DNA of 64,000 nt from the human T2T-CHM13v2.0 reference genome, Homo sapiens: assembly GCF_009914755.1 (NCBI RefSeq), contig NC_060937.1. One strand, given 5' to 3'. Both the position numbers and the translations under genes were made by a program. The first letter of the stretch is position 1; each line of letters begins with the position of its first letter. Below, one piece after another: positions 12,417 through 23,785 of this stretch. The notes beneath the pieces are model-generated. The model made no database searches. It saw only the letters and a list, made by a program, of their open reading frames with translations, and was not told where the DNA came from.

Positions 12417-15400
12417 TTTTTTTTTTTTTTAAGCGCAACGCAACATGTCTGCCTTATTTGAGTGGCTTCCTATATCATTATAATTGTGTTATAGATGAAG
12501 AAACGGTATTAAACACTGTGCTAATGATAGTGAAAGTGAAGACAAAAGAAAGGCTATCTATTTTGTGGTTAGAATAAAGTTGCTCAGTATTTAGAGCTAC
12601 CTAAATACGTCAGCATTTACACTCTTCCTAGTAAAAGCTGGCCAATCTGAATAATCCTCCTTTAAACAAACACAATTTTTGATAGGGTTAAGATTTTTTT
12701 AAGAATGCGACTCCTGCAAAATAGCTGAACAGACGATACACATTTAAAAAAATAACAACACAAGGATCAACCAGACTTGGGAAAAAATCGAAAACCACAC
12801 AAGTCTTATGAAGAACTGAGTTCTTAAAATAGGACGGAGAACGTAGCTATCGGAAGAGAAGGCAGTATTGGCAAGTTGATTGTTACGTTGGTCAGCAGTA
12901 GCTGGCACTATCTTTTTGGCCATCTTTCGGGCAATGTAACTACTACAGCAAAATGAGATATGATCCATTAAACAACATATTCGCAAATCAAAAAGTGTTT
13001 CAGTAATATAATGCTTCAGATTTAGAAGCAAATCAAATGATAGAACTCCACTGCTGTAATAAGTCACCCCAAAGATCACCGTATCTGACAAAATAACTAC
13101 CACAGGGTTATGACTTCAGAATCATACTTTCTCTTGATATTTACTTATGTATGTATTTATTTTTTTTAATTTATTTCTCTTGAGACGGCGTCTCGCTCTG
13201 TCGCCCAGGCTGGAGTGCGATGGTGTGATCTCGGCTCACTGCAACCGCCACCTCCCTGGGTTCAAGCGATTCTCCTGCCTCAGCCTCCCGAGTAGCTGGG
13301 ACTACAGGTGCCCGCCACCACGCCCAGCTAATCTTTATACTTTTAATAGAGACGGGGTTTCACCGTGTCGGCCCGGATGGTCTCGATCTCTTGACCTCGT
13401 GACCCGCCCGCCTCGGCCTCCCAAAGTGCTGGGATGACAGGCGTGAGCCACTGAGCCCGGCCTTCTCTTGACGTTTAAACTATGAAGTCAGTCCAGAGAA
13501 ACGCAATAAATGTCAACGGTGAGGATGGTGTTGAGGCAGAAGTAGGACCACACTTTTTCCTATCTTATTCAGTTGATAACAATATGACCTAGGTAGTAAT
13601 TTCCTATGTGCCTACTTATACACGAGTACAAAAGAGTAAAACAGAGAGACTGCTAAATTAAAGGGTACGTGAAGTTCTTCATAGTAACTCCGTAAACTGG
13701 AACACTGTCAAAAAGCAGCAGCTAGTGAATTGTTTCCATGTATTTTTCTATGATCCAATAAGTGAACTATGCTATTCCTTTCCAGTCTCCCAAGCACTTC
13801 TTGTCCCCATCACCACTTCGGTGCTCGAAGAAAAAGTAACAAATCAAGGAACACAACTAAAGAAACACACACACAAACCAAAGACAACTACAGCGTCTGC
13901 AAAAGTTTGCTAGAAGACTGAAACTGTTGAGTATAAGGATCTGGTATTCTACGATGATCATGAGTTCACTTCAGAGTTTGTTCAAGACATACGTTTCGTA
14001 AGGAAACATCTTAGTTAGAAGTTATTCAGCAGTAGGTACCATCCCTAAGTATTTTTCACCAAATTCGTGACAATAAAGAGCTATCTAACCAGAAAAATTA
14101 GCGAGTACCGGCACCATCCATAGGGCTTTGTCTTTACGCTTCATTAGCACTTACCATGCCTTACAATGTCTAGGATTGACCCTGATAGCATTTCGAAAAC
14201 AAGCTAATGCTTTGTCCAGTTCTTCAGTGAAGACAAGCTCACGCCCTAATGCGCTATAGGCATAAGCATCATTTGGATCCACTTCGAGAGTTCTCTGGAA
14301 GAATTGAATCGCAATATCGTGTTCCCGTTGCAGACCGAAACAGTTCCCTGCAGCACACCAGGCCTCTGGCTGGCGAATTTTTATCCATGTCTGTGAAGTC
14401 TTTGGACAGAACTGAAAGAGCAACCTCTTTCGGAGGATGCCAAAGTGTTGTAGAGTAGATCTCCATGCCTTCGACTCTGTAATTCTCAATCCTCCTAACC
14501 TCTGAGAATTGTCTTTCAGCTTGCGTGGACTCTGAAAGTTTACAATAGGCCCTTCCGATTTGGCACAGTACCCAACCGGTATTGCGGTGGTGAGAAGCTA
14601 GATGGCTCAAGATGCTGATAGCTTCTTTGCCGTGGTAAGAACACAAAGCTAAATAACCTTTCCCCCTTTCACGAAGAAGGCTCATCAAGCCTTCCGCTGC
14701 TGCTTTTTGTAGATTAAAAGCCTGAATCTGAGGCGCGATTGCGGCTATTTCCCCTTCTGAAATGACGGAAGAGTCCAATTTTGTCACTTCCAGGCTATCA
14801 CTTATGTTCGGTGGAGTTATTGCTCCTTTATTAGTTTTACTTTTGGTTCTTCTGTTTGGGATTTTAGGTGGAAACTTCATTTTTAATTTTCTCCTATTCT
14901 CCTCGGTTGTGGAGCTGTCACTAGTCAAGAGTCGTGAATTTCTTCGAGGCGGTGCATTTGGGGGAGATGCCATAGTGGGGCTCAATACCTGAGGTGTTGC
15001 CCTTGTCGGCGGACCAGAACTTTGTGTTTTTGCAAGGACTGGAGTTACCTTTCGGCTCTTTCCCCTCTGCGAGAAGACAGACGGTGTTCCGGTTTGGCCG
15101 ATTCTGGCAACAGGCTTTTTTGAAGGGGCTCCGGTGGATGGCACGTCAATGACAGACGGTGTCTCATACCAGTGCAGTTTTGTCAATAGGGTCCGTCTCC
15201 GGGACTTGGGGTTTCTAATGGCAAAATGCCAACACTTGGGGTTAATGGACTAACAGCTGCTGGTCCTCCTAATAAACTTCGACCAGGTTTTGGTTTATGT
15301 TGAACCTGTTTAGATCATATGGAAGTTCCTGTTCCCAGTGGGACAGTATCAGGTGAAAGGACAGCTGAATCGATAGAAGACACTGGGGAGTCTGTATTCA

Positions 15401-16219
15401 AGGAGTACTTTGAATTGGAAGATTCTAAATTCCATCCGTTTCATTGGACGGTGTCCTGGGGTGTTTCCGTAAGAACGGTCTCGGGCTGTCTGTGACATAA
15501 ACTAGGACGAGGTCCAAGTGTTGCGGCGCAACACTTGGACAGGCAGTTGCTAAAGCTCTCTAGAGAGGTGAATCAAAATGTTTGGTCAGGATCTGGCTTT
15601 TCCCCCCTATTTCACATCATGATTCAAAGGGACACCAGAGGAAAGGATTTCAACGAAGGCTCTTTTGGTCACATTCTGATCCTTTGGTAAGCCGATCTGT
15701 CTTGCAATATACATGTCCCGACGATGGAAGGGGAAAGCGAGCTGAATCACCAAACTCAGGAACGATAATATCATCGTGGCTTTTCTGCTTATGAAACACT
15801 CCACCCGATAAGATTTGATCCCCTTCTGCAAGCTTGCTGAGATCAACACAACATTTCGCAAGCAGGCATTTGCATTGCGGGGTAGTACAACTGTGTCCTT
15901 TCAAGAGTCTATATGTTTTATAGGCCTTTCCTGAGCGGTAAGAACAGGTCGCCAGTAAGAACAAGGCTTCTTCTGAGTGTACTTCTGCATAAAGGCGTTC
16001 TGCGGGGGAAACCGCATCTCGGTAGGTAGGCATAGTGGTTTAGTGCTTGCCATATAGCAGCCTGGACGGGTCCCTGCAGCACCGCCATCCTCGAGGCTCA
16101 GGCCCACTTTCTGCAGTGCCTCAGGCACCCCCCCCCCCCCCCATAGCGGCTCCGGCCCGGCCAGCCCCGGCTCATTTAAAGGCACCAGCCGCCGTTACCG
16201 GGGGATGGGGGAGTCCGAG
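12417..16219 (-). pseudogene. CDC27P: CDC27 (APC3) processed pseudogene: 5'UTR, disrupted CDS (ATG at 16088 to 14151), probable intron-derived 3' part, poly(A)
   Basis: ORF fragments match CDC27 (AERLYAEVHSEEALFLLATC, KLKMKFPPKIPNR, GWVLCQIGRAY, EELDKALACFRNAIRVNPRH). Multiple frameshifts (e.g. CTAC duplication at 16021-16030). No introns within the CDS part. Poly-T at 12414-12430 and a 16-bp TSD candidate. Confidence 0.93.
13144..13462 (-). mobile_element. Alu nested in the CDC27 retrocopy, with TSD
   Basis: Full Alu body, flanked by TTCTCTTGATATTTA (13129-13143) and TTCTCTTGACGTTTA (13463-13477). Confidence 0.92.
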
Positions 16220-16744
16220 ACAGAATGACTTCTTTATCCTGCTGACTCTGGAAAGCCCGGCGCCTTGTGATCCATTGCAAACCGAGAGTCACCTCGTGTT
16301 TAGAACACGGATCCACTCCCAAGTTCAGTGGGGGGATGTGAGGGGTGTGGCAGGTAGGACGAAGGACTCTCTTCCTTCTGATTCGGTCTGCACAGTGGGG
16401 CCTAGGGCTGGAGCTCTCTCCGTGCGGACCGCTGACTCCCTCTACCTTGGGTTCCCTCGGCCCCACCCTGGAACGCCGGGCCTTGGCAGATTCTGGCCCT
16501 TCCTGGCCCTTCAGTCGCTGTCAGAAACCCCATCTCATGCTCGGATGCCCCGAGTGACTGTGGCTCGCACCTCTCCGGAAACATTGGAAATCTCTCCTCT
16601 ACGCGCGGCCACCTGAAACCACAGGAGCTCGGGACACACGTGCTTTCGGGAGAGAATGCTGAGAGTCTCTTGCCGACTCTCTCTTGACTTGAGTTCTTCG
16701 TGGGTGCGTGGTTAAGACGTAGTGAGACCAGATGTATTAACTCA

Positions 16745-16900
16745 GGCCGGGTGCTGGTGGCTCACGCCTGTAACCCCAACACTTTGGGAGGCCGAGGCCG
16801 TAGGATCCCTCGAGGAATCGCCTAACCCTGGGGAGGTTGAGGTTGCAGTGAGTGAGCCATAGTTGTGTCACTGTGCTCCAGTCTGGGCGAAAGACAGAAT
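16745..16900 (+). mobile_element. Alu monomer (FAM/FLAM-like or deleted Alu)
   Basis: GGCCGGGTGCTGGTGGCTCACGCCTGTAACCCCAACACTTTGGGAGGCCGAGG...GAGGTTGCAGTGAG. Confidence 0.8.
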
Positions 16901-16911
16901 GAGGCCCTGCC

Positions 16912-16943
<32 letters not shown>

Positions 16944-17013
16944 AAAGACAACAGCTGTATTATGTTCTTCTCAGGGTAGGAAGCAAAAATAACAGAATAC
17001 AGCACTTAATTAA

Positions 17014-17312
17014 TTTTTTTTTTTCCCTTCGGACGGAGTTTCACTCTTGGTGCCCACGCTGGAGTGCAGTGGCACCATCTCGGCTCACCGCAACCTCCAC
17101 CTCCTGCGTTCAAGCGATTCTCCTGCCTCAGCCTCCTGAGTAGCTGGGATTACAGGGAGGAGCCACCACACCCGGCTGATTTTGTATTGTTAGTAGAGAC
17201 GGCATTTCTCCATGTGGGTCAGGCTGGTCTCGAACTGGCGACCCCAGTGGATCTGCCCGCCCCGGCCTCCCAAAGTGCTGGGGTGACAGGCGTGAGCCAT
17301 CGTGACTGGCCG
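17014..17312 (-). mobile_element. Alu (S-like)
   Basis: GGAGTTTCACTCTTG...CCCAAAGTGCTGGGGTGACAGGCGTGAGCC. Confidence 0.9.
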
Positions 17313-17318
17313 GCTACG

Positions 17319-17711
<393 letters not shown>

Positions 17712-17767
17712 TATTTATCTATTTATTAACTTTGAGTCCAGGTTATGAAACCAGTTAGTTTTTGTAA

Positions 17768-17895
17768 TTTTTTTTTTTTTTTTTTTTTTTTGAGACGAGG
17801 TTTCACCGTGTTGCCAAGGCTTGGACCGAGGGATCCACCGGCCCTCGGCCTCCCAAAAGTGCGGGGATGACAGGCGCGAGCCTACCGCGCCCGGA
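17768..17895 (-). mobile_element. Alu left-monomer fragment
   Basis: Poly-T, GAGACGAGGTTTCACCGTGTTG...GGGATGACAGGCGCGAGCC. Confidence 0.8.
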
Positions 17896-18402
17896 CCCCC
17901 CCTTTCCCCTTCCCCCGCTTGTCTTCCCGACAGACAGTTTCACGGCAGAGCGTTTGGCTGGCGTGCTTAAACTCATTCTAAATAGAAATTTGGGACGTCA
18001 GCTTCTGGCCTCACGGACTCTGAGCCGAGGAGTCCCCTGGTCTGTCTATCACAGGACCGTACACGTAAGGAGGAGAAAAATCGTAACGTTCAAAGTCAGT
18101 CATTTTGTGATACAGAAATACACGGATTCACCCAAAACACAGAAAGCAGTCTTTTAGAAATGGCCTTAGCCCTGGTGTCCGTGCCAGTGATTCTTTTCGG
18201 TTTGGACCTTGACTGAGAGGATTCCCAGTCGGTCTCTCGTCTCTGGACGGAAGTTCCAGATGATCCGATGGGTGGGGGACTTAGGCTGCGTCCCCCCAGG
18301 AGCCCTGGTCGATTAGTTGTGGGGATCGCCTTGGAGGGCGCGGTGACCCACTGTGCTGTGGGAGCCTCCATCCTTCCCCCCACCCCCTCCCCAGGGGATC
18401 CC

Positions 18403-18597
18403 AATTCATTCCGGGCTGACACGCTCACTGGCAGGCGTCGGGCATCACCTAGCGGTCACTGTTACTCTGAAAACGGAGGCCTCACAGAGGAAGGGAGCAC
18501 CAGGCCGCCTGCGCACAGCCTGGGGCAACTGTGTCTTCTCCACCGCCCCCGCCCCCACCTCCAAGTTCCTCCCTCCCTTGTTGCCTAGGAAATCGCC
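18403..18597. promoter_or_regulatory. Putative regulatory module B: CTCF-like motif (- strand), X-box-like motif and a Pol I initiator-like 11-mer
   Basis: TCGGGCATCACCTAGCGGTCACTGTTA at 18438-18464, GTTGCCTAGGAAAT at 18580-18593, GCTGACACGCT at 18415-18425. Confidence 0.55.
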
Positions 18598-18697
18598 ACT
18601 TTGACGACCGGGTCTGATTGACCTTTGATCAGGCAAAAACGAACAAACAGATAAATAAATAAAATAACACAAAAGTAACTAACTAAATAAAATAAGT

Positions 18698-18833
18698 CAA
18701 TACAACCCATTACAATACAATAAGATACGATACGATAGGATGCGATAGGATACGATAGGATACAATACAATACGATACGATACAATACAATACAATACAA
18801 TACAATACAATACAATACAATACAATACAATAC
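18698..18833 (+). repeat. Pentanucleotide microsatellite (TACAA/TACGA/TAGGA)n
   Basis: Seen directly. Confidence 0.92.
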
Positions 18834-19662
<829 letters not shown>

Positions 19663-19933
19663 TTAACTTCATTTTATGTTATTATCGTGATTGATGTTTC
19701 GAGACGGAGTCTCGGAGGCCCGCCCTCCCTGGTTGCCCAGACAACCCCGGGAGACAGACCCTGGCTGGGCCCGATTGTTCTTCTCCTTGGTCAGGGGTTT
19801 CCTTGTCTTTCTTCGTGTCTTTAACCCGCGTGGACTCTTCCGCTCGGGTTTGACAGATGGCAGCTCCACTTTAGGCCTTGTTGTTGTTGGGGACTTTCCT
19901 GATTCTCCCCAGATGTAGTGAAAGCAGGTAGAT

Positions 19934-19967
19934 TTGCCTTGCCTGGACTTGCCTGGCCTTGCCTTTT
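19934..19967 (+). promoter_or_regulatory. p53-binding RGC (ribosomal gene cluster) element
   Basis: TTGCCTTGCCTGGACTTGCCTGGCCTTGCCTTTT matches the recalled RGC p53 site used in PG13-type reporters; it contains TGCCT repeats. Confidence 0.85.
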
Positions 19968-19994
19968 CTTTCTTTCTTTCTTTATTACTTTCTC

Positions 19995-20342
19995 TTTTTC
20001 TTCTTCTTCTTCTTCTTCTTCTTCTTCTTCTTCTTCTTCTTCTTCTTCTTCTTTTTTTTTTGAGACAGAGTTTCACTCTTGTTGCCCAGGCTAGAGGGCA
20101 ATGGTGCGATCTCGGCTCACCGCACCCTCCGCCTCCCAGGTTCAAGCGATTCTCCTGCCTCAGCCTCCTGATTAGCTGGGATTACAGGCATGGGCCACCG
20201 TGCCTGGCTGATGTTTGTACTTTTAGTAGAGACGGTGTTTTTCCATGTTGGTCAGGCTGGTCTCCCACTCCCAACCTCAGGTGGTCCGCCTGCCTTAGCC
20301 TCCCAAAGTGCTGGGATGACAGGCGTGAGCCACCGCGCCCAG

Positions 20343-20344
<2 letters not shown>
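19995..20344 (-). mobile_element. Alu with (TTC)n-expanded tail
   Basis: (TTC)n, T-run, GAGACAGAGTTTCACTCTTGTTGCCCAGGCT...GCGCCCAGCC. Confidence 0.9.
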
Positions 20345-20393
<49 letters not shown>

Positions 20394-21044
20394 CGCTCGC
20401 TTGCTTGCTTGCTTTCGTGCTTTCTTGCTTTCCCGTTTTCTTGCTTTCTTTCTTTCTTTCGTTTCTTTCATGCTTGCTTTCTTGCTTGCTTGCTTGCTTT
20501 CGTGCTTTCTTGCTTTCCTGTTTTCTTTTTCTTTCTTTCTTTCTTTCTTTCTTTTGTTTCTTTCTTGCTTGCTTTCTTGCTTGCTTGCTTGCTTTCGTGC
20601 TTTCTTGCTTTCCTGTTTTCTTTCTTTCTTTCTTTCTTTTGTTTCTTTCTTGCTTGCTTTCTTGCTTGCTTGCTTTCGTGCTTTCTTGTTTTCTCGCTTT
20701 CTTTCTTTCTTTTGTTTCTTTCCTGCTTGCTTTCTTGCTTGATTGCTTTCGTGCTTTCTTGCTTTCTTGTTTTCTTTCTTTCTTTTGTTTCTTTCTTTCT
20801 TGCTTCCTTGTTTTCTTGCTTTCTTGCTTGCTTGCTTTCGTGCTTTCTTGTTTTCTTGCTTTCTTTCTTTTGTTTCTTTCTTGCTTGCTTTCTTGCTTCC
20901 TTGTTTTCTTGCTTTCTTGCTTGCTTGCTTTCGTGCTTTCTTTCTTGCTTTCTTTTCTTTCTTTCTTTTCTTTTTCTTTCTTTCTTGCTTTCTTTTCTTT
21001 CATTCATTCATTCTTTCTTTCTTTCCTTTCTTTCTTTCTTTCTT

Positions 21045-21079
<35 letters not shown>

Positions 21080-21080
21080 G
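20345..21080 (+). repeat. (CT)n followed by about 7 units of a 75-95 bp TTGC/TTTC compound tandem repeat
   Basis: Anchor TTCGTGCTTTC at about 20414, 20499, 20594, 20675, 20748, 20837 and 20930. Confidence 0.85.
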
Positions 21081-21382
<302 letters not shown>

Positions 21383-22455
21383 TGTTGACTCATTTCGCTT
21401 TTTTATTTCTTTCGTTTCCACGCGTTTACTTATATGTATTAATGTAAACGTTTCTGTACGCTTATATGCAAACAACGACAACGTGTATCTCTGCATTGAA
21501 TACTCTTGCGTATGGTAAATACGTATCGGTTGTATGGAAATAGACTTCTGTATGATAGATGTAGGTGTTTGTGTTATACAAATAAATACACATCGCTCTA
21601 TAAAGAAGGGATCGTCGATAAAGACGTTTATTTTACGTATGAAAAGCGTCGTATGTATGTGTGTAAATGAACGAGCGTACGTAGTTATCTCTGTTTTCTT
21701 TCTTCCTCTCCTTCGTGTTTTTCTTCCTTCCTTTCTTCCTTTCTCTCCTTCTTTAGGTTTTTCTTCCTCTCTTCCTTTCCTTCTTTCTCTCTTTCTGTCC
21801 TTTTTTCCTTCGTGCTTTATTTCTCTTTCGTTCCCTGTGTTTCCTTCTTTTTTCTTTCCTCTCTGTTTCTTTTTCCCTTCTTTCCTTCGTTTCTTTCCTC
21901 ATTCTTTCTCTCTTTTTCGTGTTTCTTTCCTTCCCGTCTGTCTTTTAAAAAATGGAGTGTTTCAGAAGTTTACTTTGTGTATCTACGTTTTCTAAATTGT
22001 CTCTCTTTTCTCCATTTTCTTCCTCCCTCCCTCCCTCCCTCCCTTCCTGCTCCCTTCCCTCCCTCCTTCCCTTTCGCCATCTGTCTCTTTTCCCCACTCC
22101 CCTCCCCCCGTCTGTCTCTGCGTGGATTCCGGAAGAGCCTACGCATTCTGCCTCTCCGTGTGTCTGCAGCGACCCGCGACCGAGTCCTTGTGTGTTCTTT
22201 CTCCCTCCCTCCCTCCCTCCCTCCCTCCCTCCCTGCTTCCGAGAGGCATCTCCAAACACCCACGCGCCGTGGGTTGTCTTCTGACTCTGTCGCGGTCGAG
22301 GCAGAGACGCGTTTTGGGCACCGTTTGTGTGGGGTTGGGGCAGAGGGGCTGCGTTTTCGGCCTCGGGAAGAGCTTCTCGACTCACGGTTTCGCTTTCGCG
22401 GTCCACGGGCCGCCCTGCCAGCCGGATCTGTCTCGCTGACGTCCGCGGCGGTTGT

Positions 22456-22476
22456 CGGGCTCCATCTGGCGGCCGC
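22456..22476 (-). promoter_or_regulatory. CTCF motif upstream of the spacer promoter (about -880)
   Basis: The - strand reads GCGGCCGCCAGATGGAGCCCG, fitting CCRSYAGRKGG. The position agrees with the known CTCF boundary upstream of the human spacer promoter. Confidence 0.7.
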
Positions 22477-22489
22477 TTTGAGATCGTGC

Positions 22490-22680
22490 TCTCGGCTTCC
22501 GGAGCTGCGGTGGCAGCTGCCGAGGGAGGGGACCGTCCCCGCTGTGAGCTAGGCAGAGCTCCGGAAAGCCCGCGGTCGTCAGCCCGGCTGGCCCGGTGGC
22601 GCCAGAGCTGTGGCGCGTCGCTTGTGAGTCACAGCTCTGGCGTGCAGGTTTATGTGGGGGAGAGGCTGTCGCTGCGCTTC
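22490..22680 (+). promoter_or_regulatory. Pol I spacer promoter region (approximate)
   Basis: Lies between the CTCF site and a Sal box. GGTTTATG...GCTGTCGCTG weakly resembles the main initiator region. Boundaries inferred. Confidence 0.5.
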
Positions 22681-22761
22681 TGGGCCCGCGGCGGGCGTGG
22701 GGCTGCCCGGGCCGGTCGACCAGCGCGCCGTAGCTCCCGAGGCCCGAGCCGCGACCCGCGG
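22670..22761 (+). ncRNA. MIR6724: Annotated miRNA hairpin MIR6724 (authenticity doubtful)
   Basis: Mature CTGGGCCCGCGGCGGGCGTGGGG at 22680-22702 (recalled sequence). Confidence 0.6.
22713..22723 (+). terminator. Spacer terminator Sal box (TTF-I site)
   Basis: CGGTCGACCAG, 10/11 match to GGGTCGACCAG. Confidence 0.7.
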
Positions 22762-23166
22762 GGACCCGCCGCGCGTGGCGCGGGAGGCTGGGGACGCCCT
22801 TCCCGGCCCGGTCGCGGGTCCGCGCTCATCCTGGCCGTCTGAGGCGGCGGCCGAATTCGTTTCCGAGTCCCCGTGGGGAGCCGGGGACCGTCCCGCCCCC
22901 GTCCCCCGGGTGCCGGGGAGCGGTCCCTCTGCCGCGATCCTTTCTGGCGAGTCCCCGTGCGGAGTCGGAGAGCGCTCCCTGAGCGCGCGTGCGGCCCGAG
23001 AGGTCGCGCCTGGCCGGCCTTCGGTCCCTCGTGTGTCCCGGTCGTAGGAGGGGCCGGCCGAAAATGCTTCCGGCTCCCGCTCTGGAGACACGGGCCGGCC
23101 CCCTGCGTGTGGCACGGGCGGCCGGGAGGGCGTCCCCGGCCCGGCGCTGCTCCCGCGTGTGTCCTG

Positions 23167-23177
23167 GGGTTGACCAG
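23167..23177 (+). terminator. Promoter-proximal T0 Sal box
   Basis: GGGTTGACCAG at about -170 from the TSS. Confidence 0.75.
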
Positions 23178-23186
23178 AGGGCCCCG

Positions 23187-23362
23187 GGCGCTCCGTGTGT
23201 GGCTGCGATGGTGGCGTTTTTGGGGACAGGTGTCCGTGTCGCGCGTCGCCTGGGCCGGCGGCGTGGTCGGTGACGCGACCTCCCGGCCCCGGGGGAGGTA
23301 TATCTTTCGCTCCGAGTCGGCATTTTGGGCCGCCGGGTTATTGCTGACACGCTGTCCTCTGG
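23187..23362 (+). promoter_or_regulatory. Pol I 47S promoter (UCE plus core); TSS +1 = 23343
   Basis: GGAGGTATATCTTTCGCTCCGAGTCGGCATTTTGGGCCGCCGGGTTATT|GCTGACACGCTGTCCTCTGG is the human rDNA core promoter and start. Confidence 0.93.
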
Positions 23363-23754
23363 CGACCTGTCGCTGGAGAGGTTGGGCCTCCGGATGCGCG
23401 CGGGGCTCTGGCCTACCGGTGACCCGGCTAGCCGGCCGCGCTCCTGCTTGAGCCGCCTGCCGGGGCCCGCGGGCCTGCTGCTCTCTCGCGCGTCCGAGCG
23501 TCCCGACTCCCGGTGCCGGCCCGGGTCCGGGTCTCTGACCCACCCGGGGGCGGCGGGGAAGGCGGCGAGGGCCACCGTGCCCCCGTGCGCTCTCCGCTGC
23601 GGGCGCCCGGGGCGGCCGCGACAACCCCACCCCGCTGGCTCCGTGCCGTGCGTGTCAGGCGTTCTCGTCTCCGCGGGGTTGTCCGCCGCCCCTTCCCCGG
23701 AGTGGGGGGTTGGCCGGAGCCGATCGGCTCGCTGGCCGGCCGGCCGGCCTCCGC

Positions 23755-23785
23755 TCCCGGGGGGCTCTTCGTGATCGATGTGGTG
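23755..23785 (+). other. 5'ETS primary processing site (A'/01) region with conserved GATCGATGTGG motif
   Basis: GATCGATGTGG at 23773-23783, just downstream of about +414 to +422. Confidence 0.65.

Noticed and set aside
12744-13103. 119-aa hydrophobic ORF on the - strand
   Set aside because: It lies in the probable intron-derived part of the retrocopy, has a non-ATG start and shows no recognisable homology.
14269-15186. 305-aa CDC27-like ORF as a functional gene
   Set aside because: Non-ATG start, frameshifts on both sides and many substitutions; it is part of the pseudogene.
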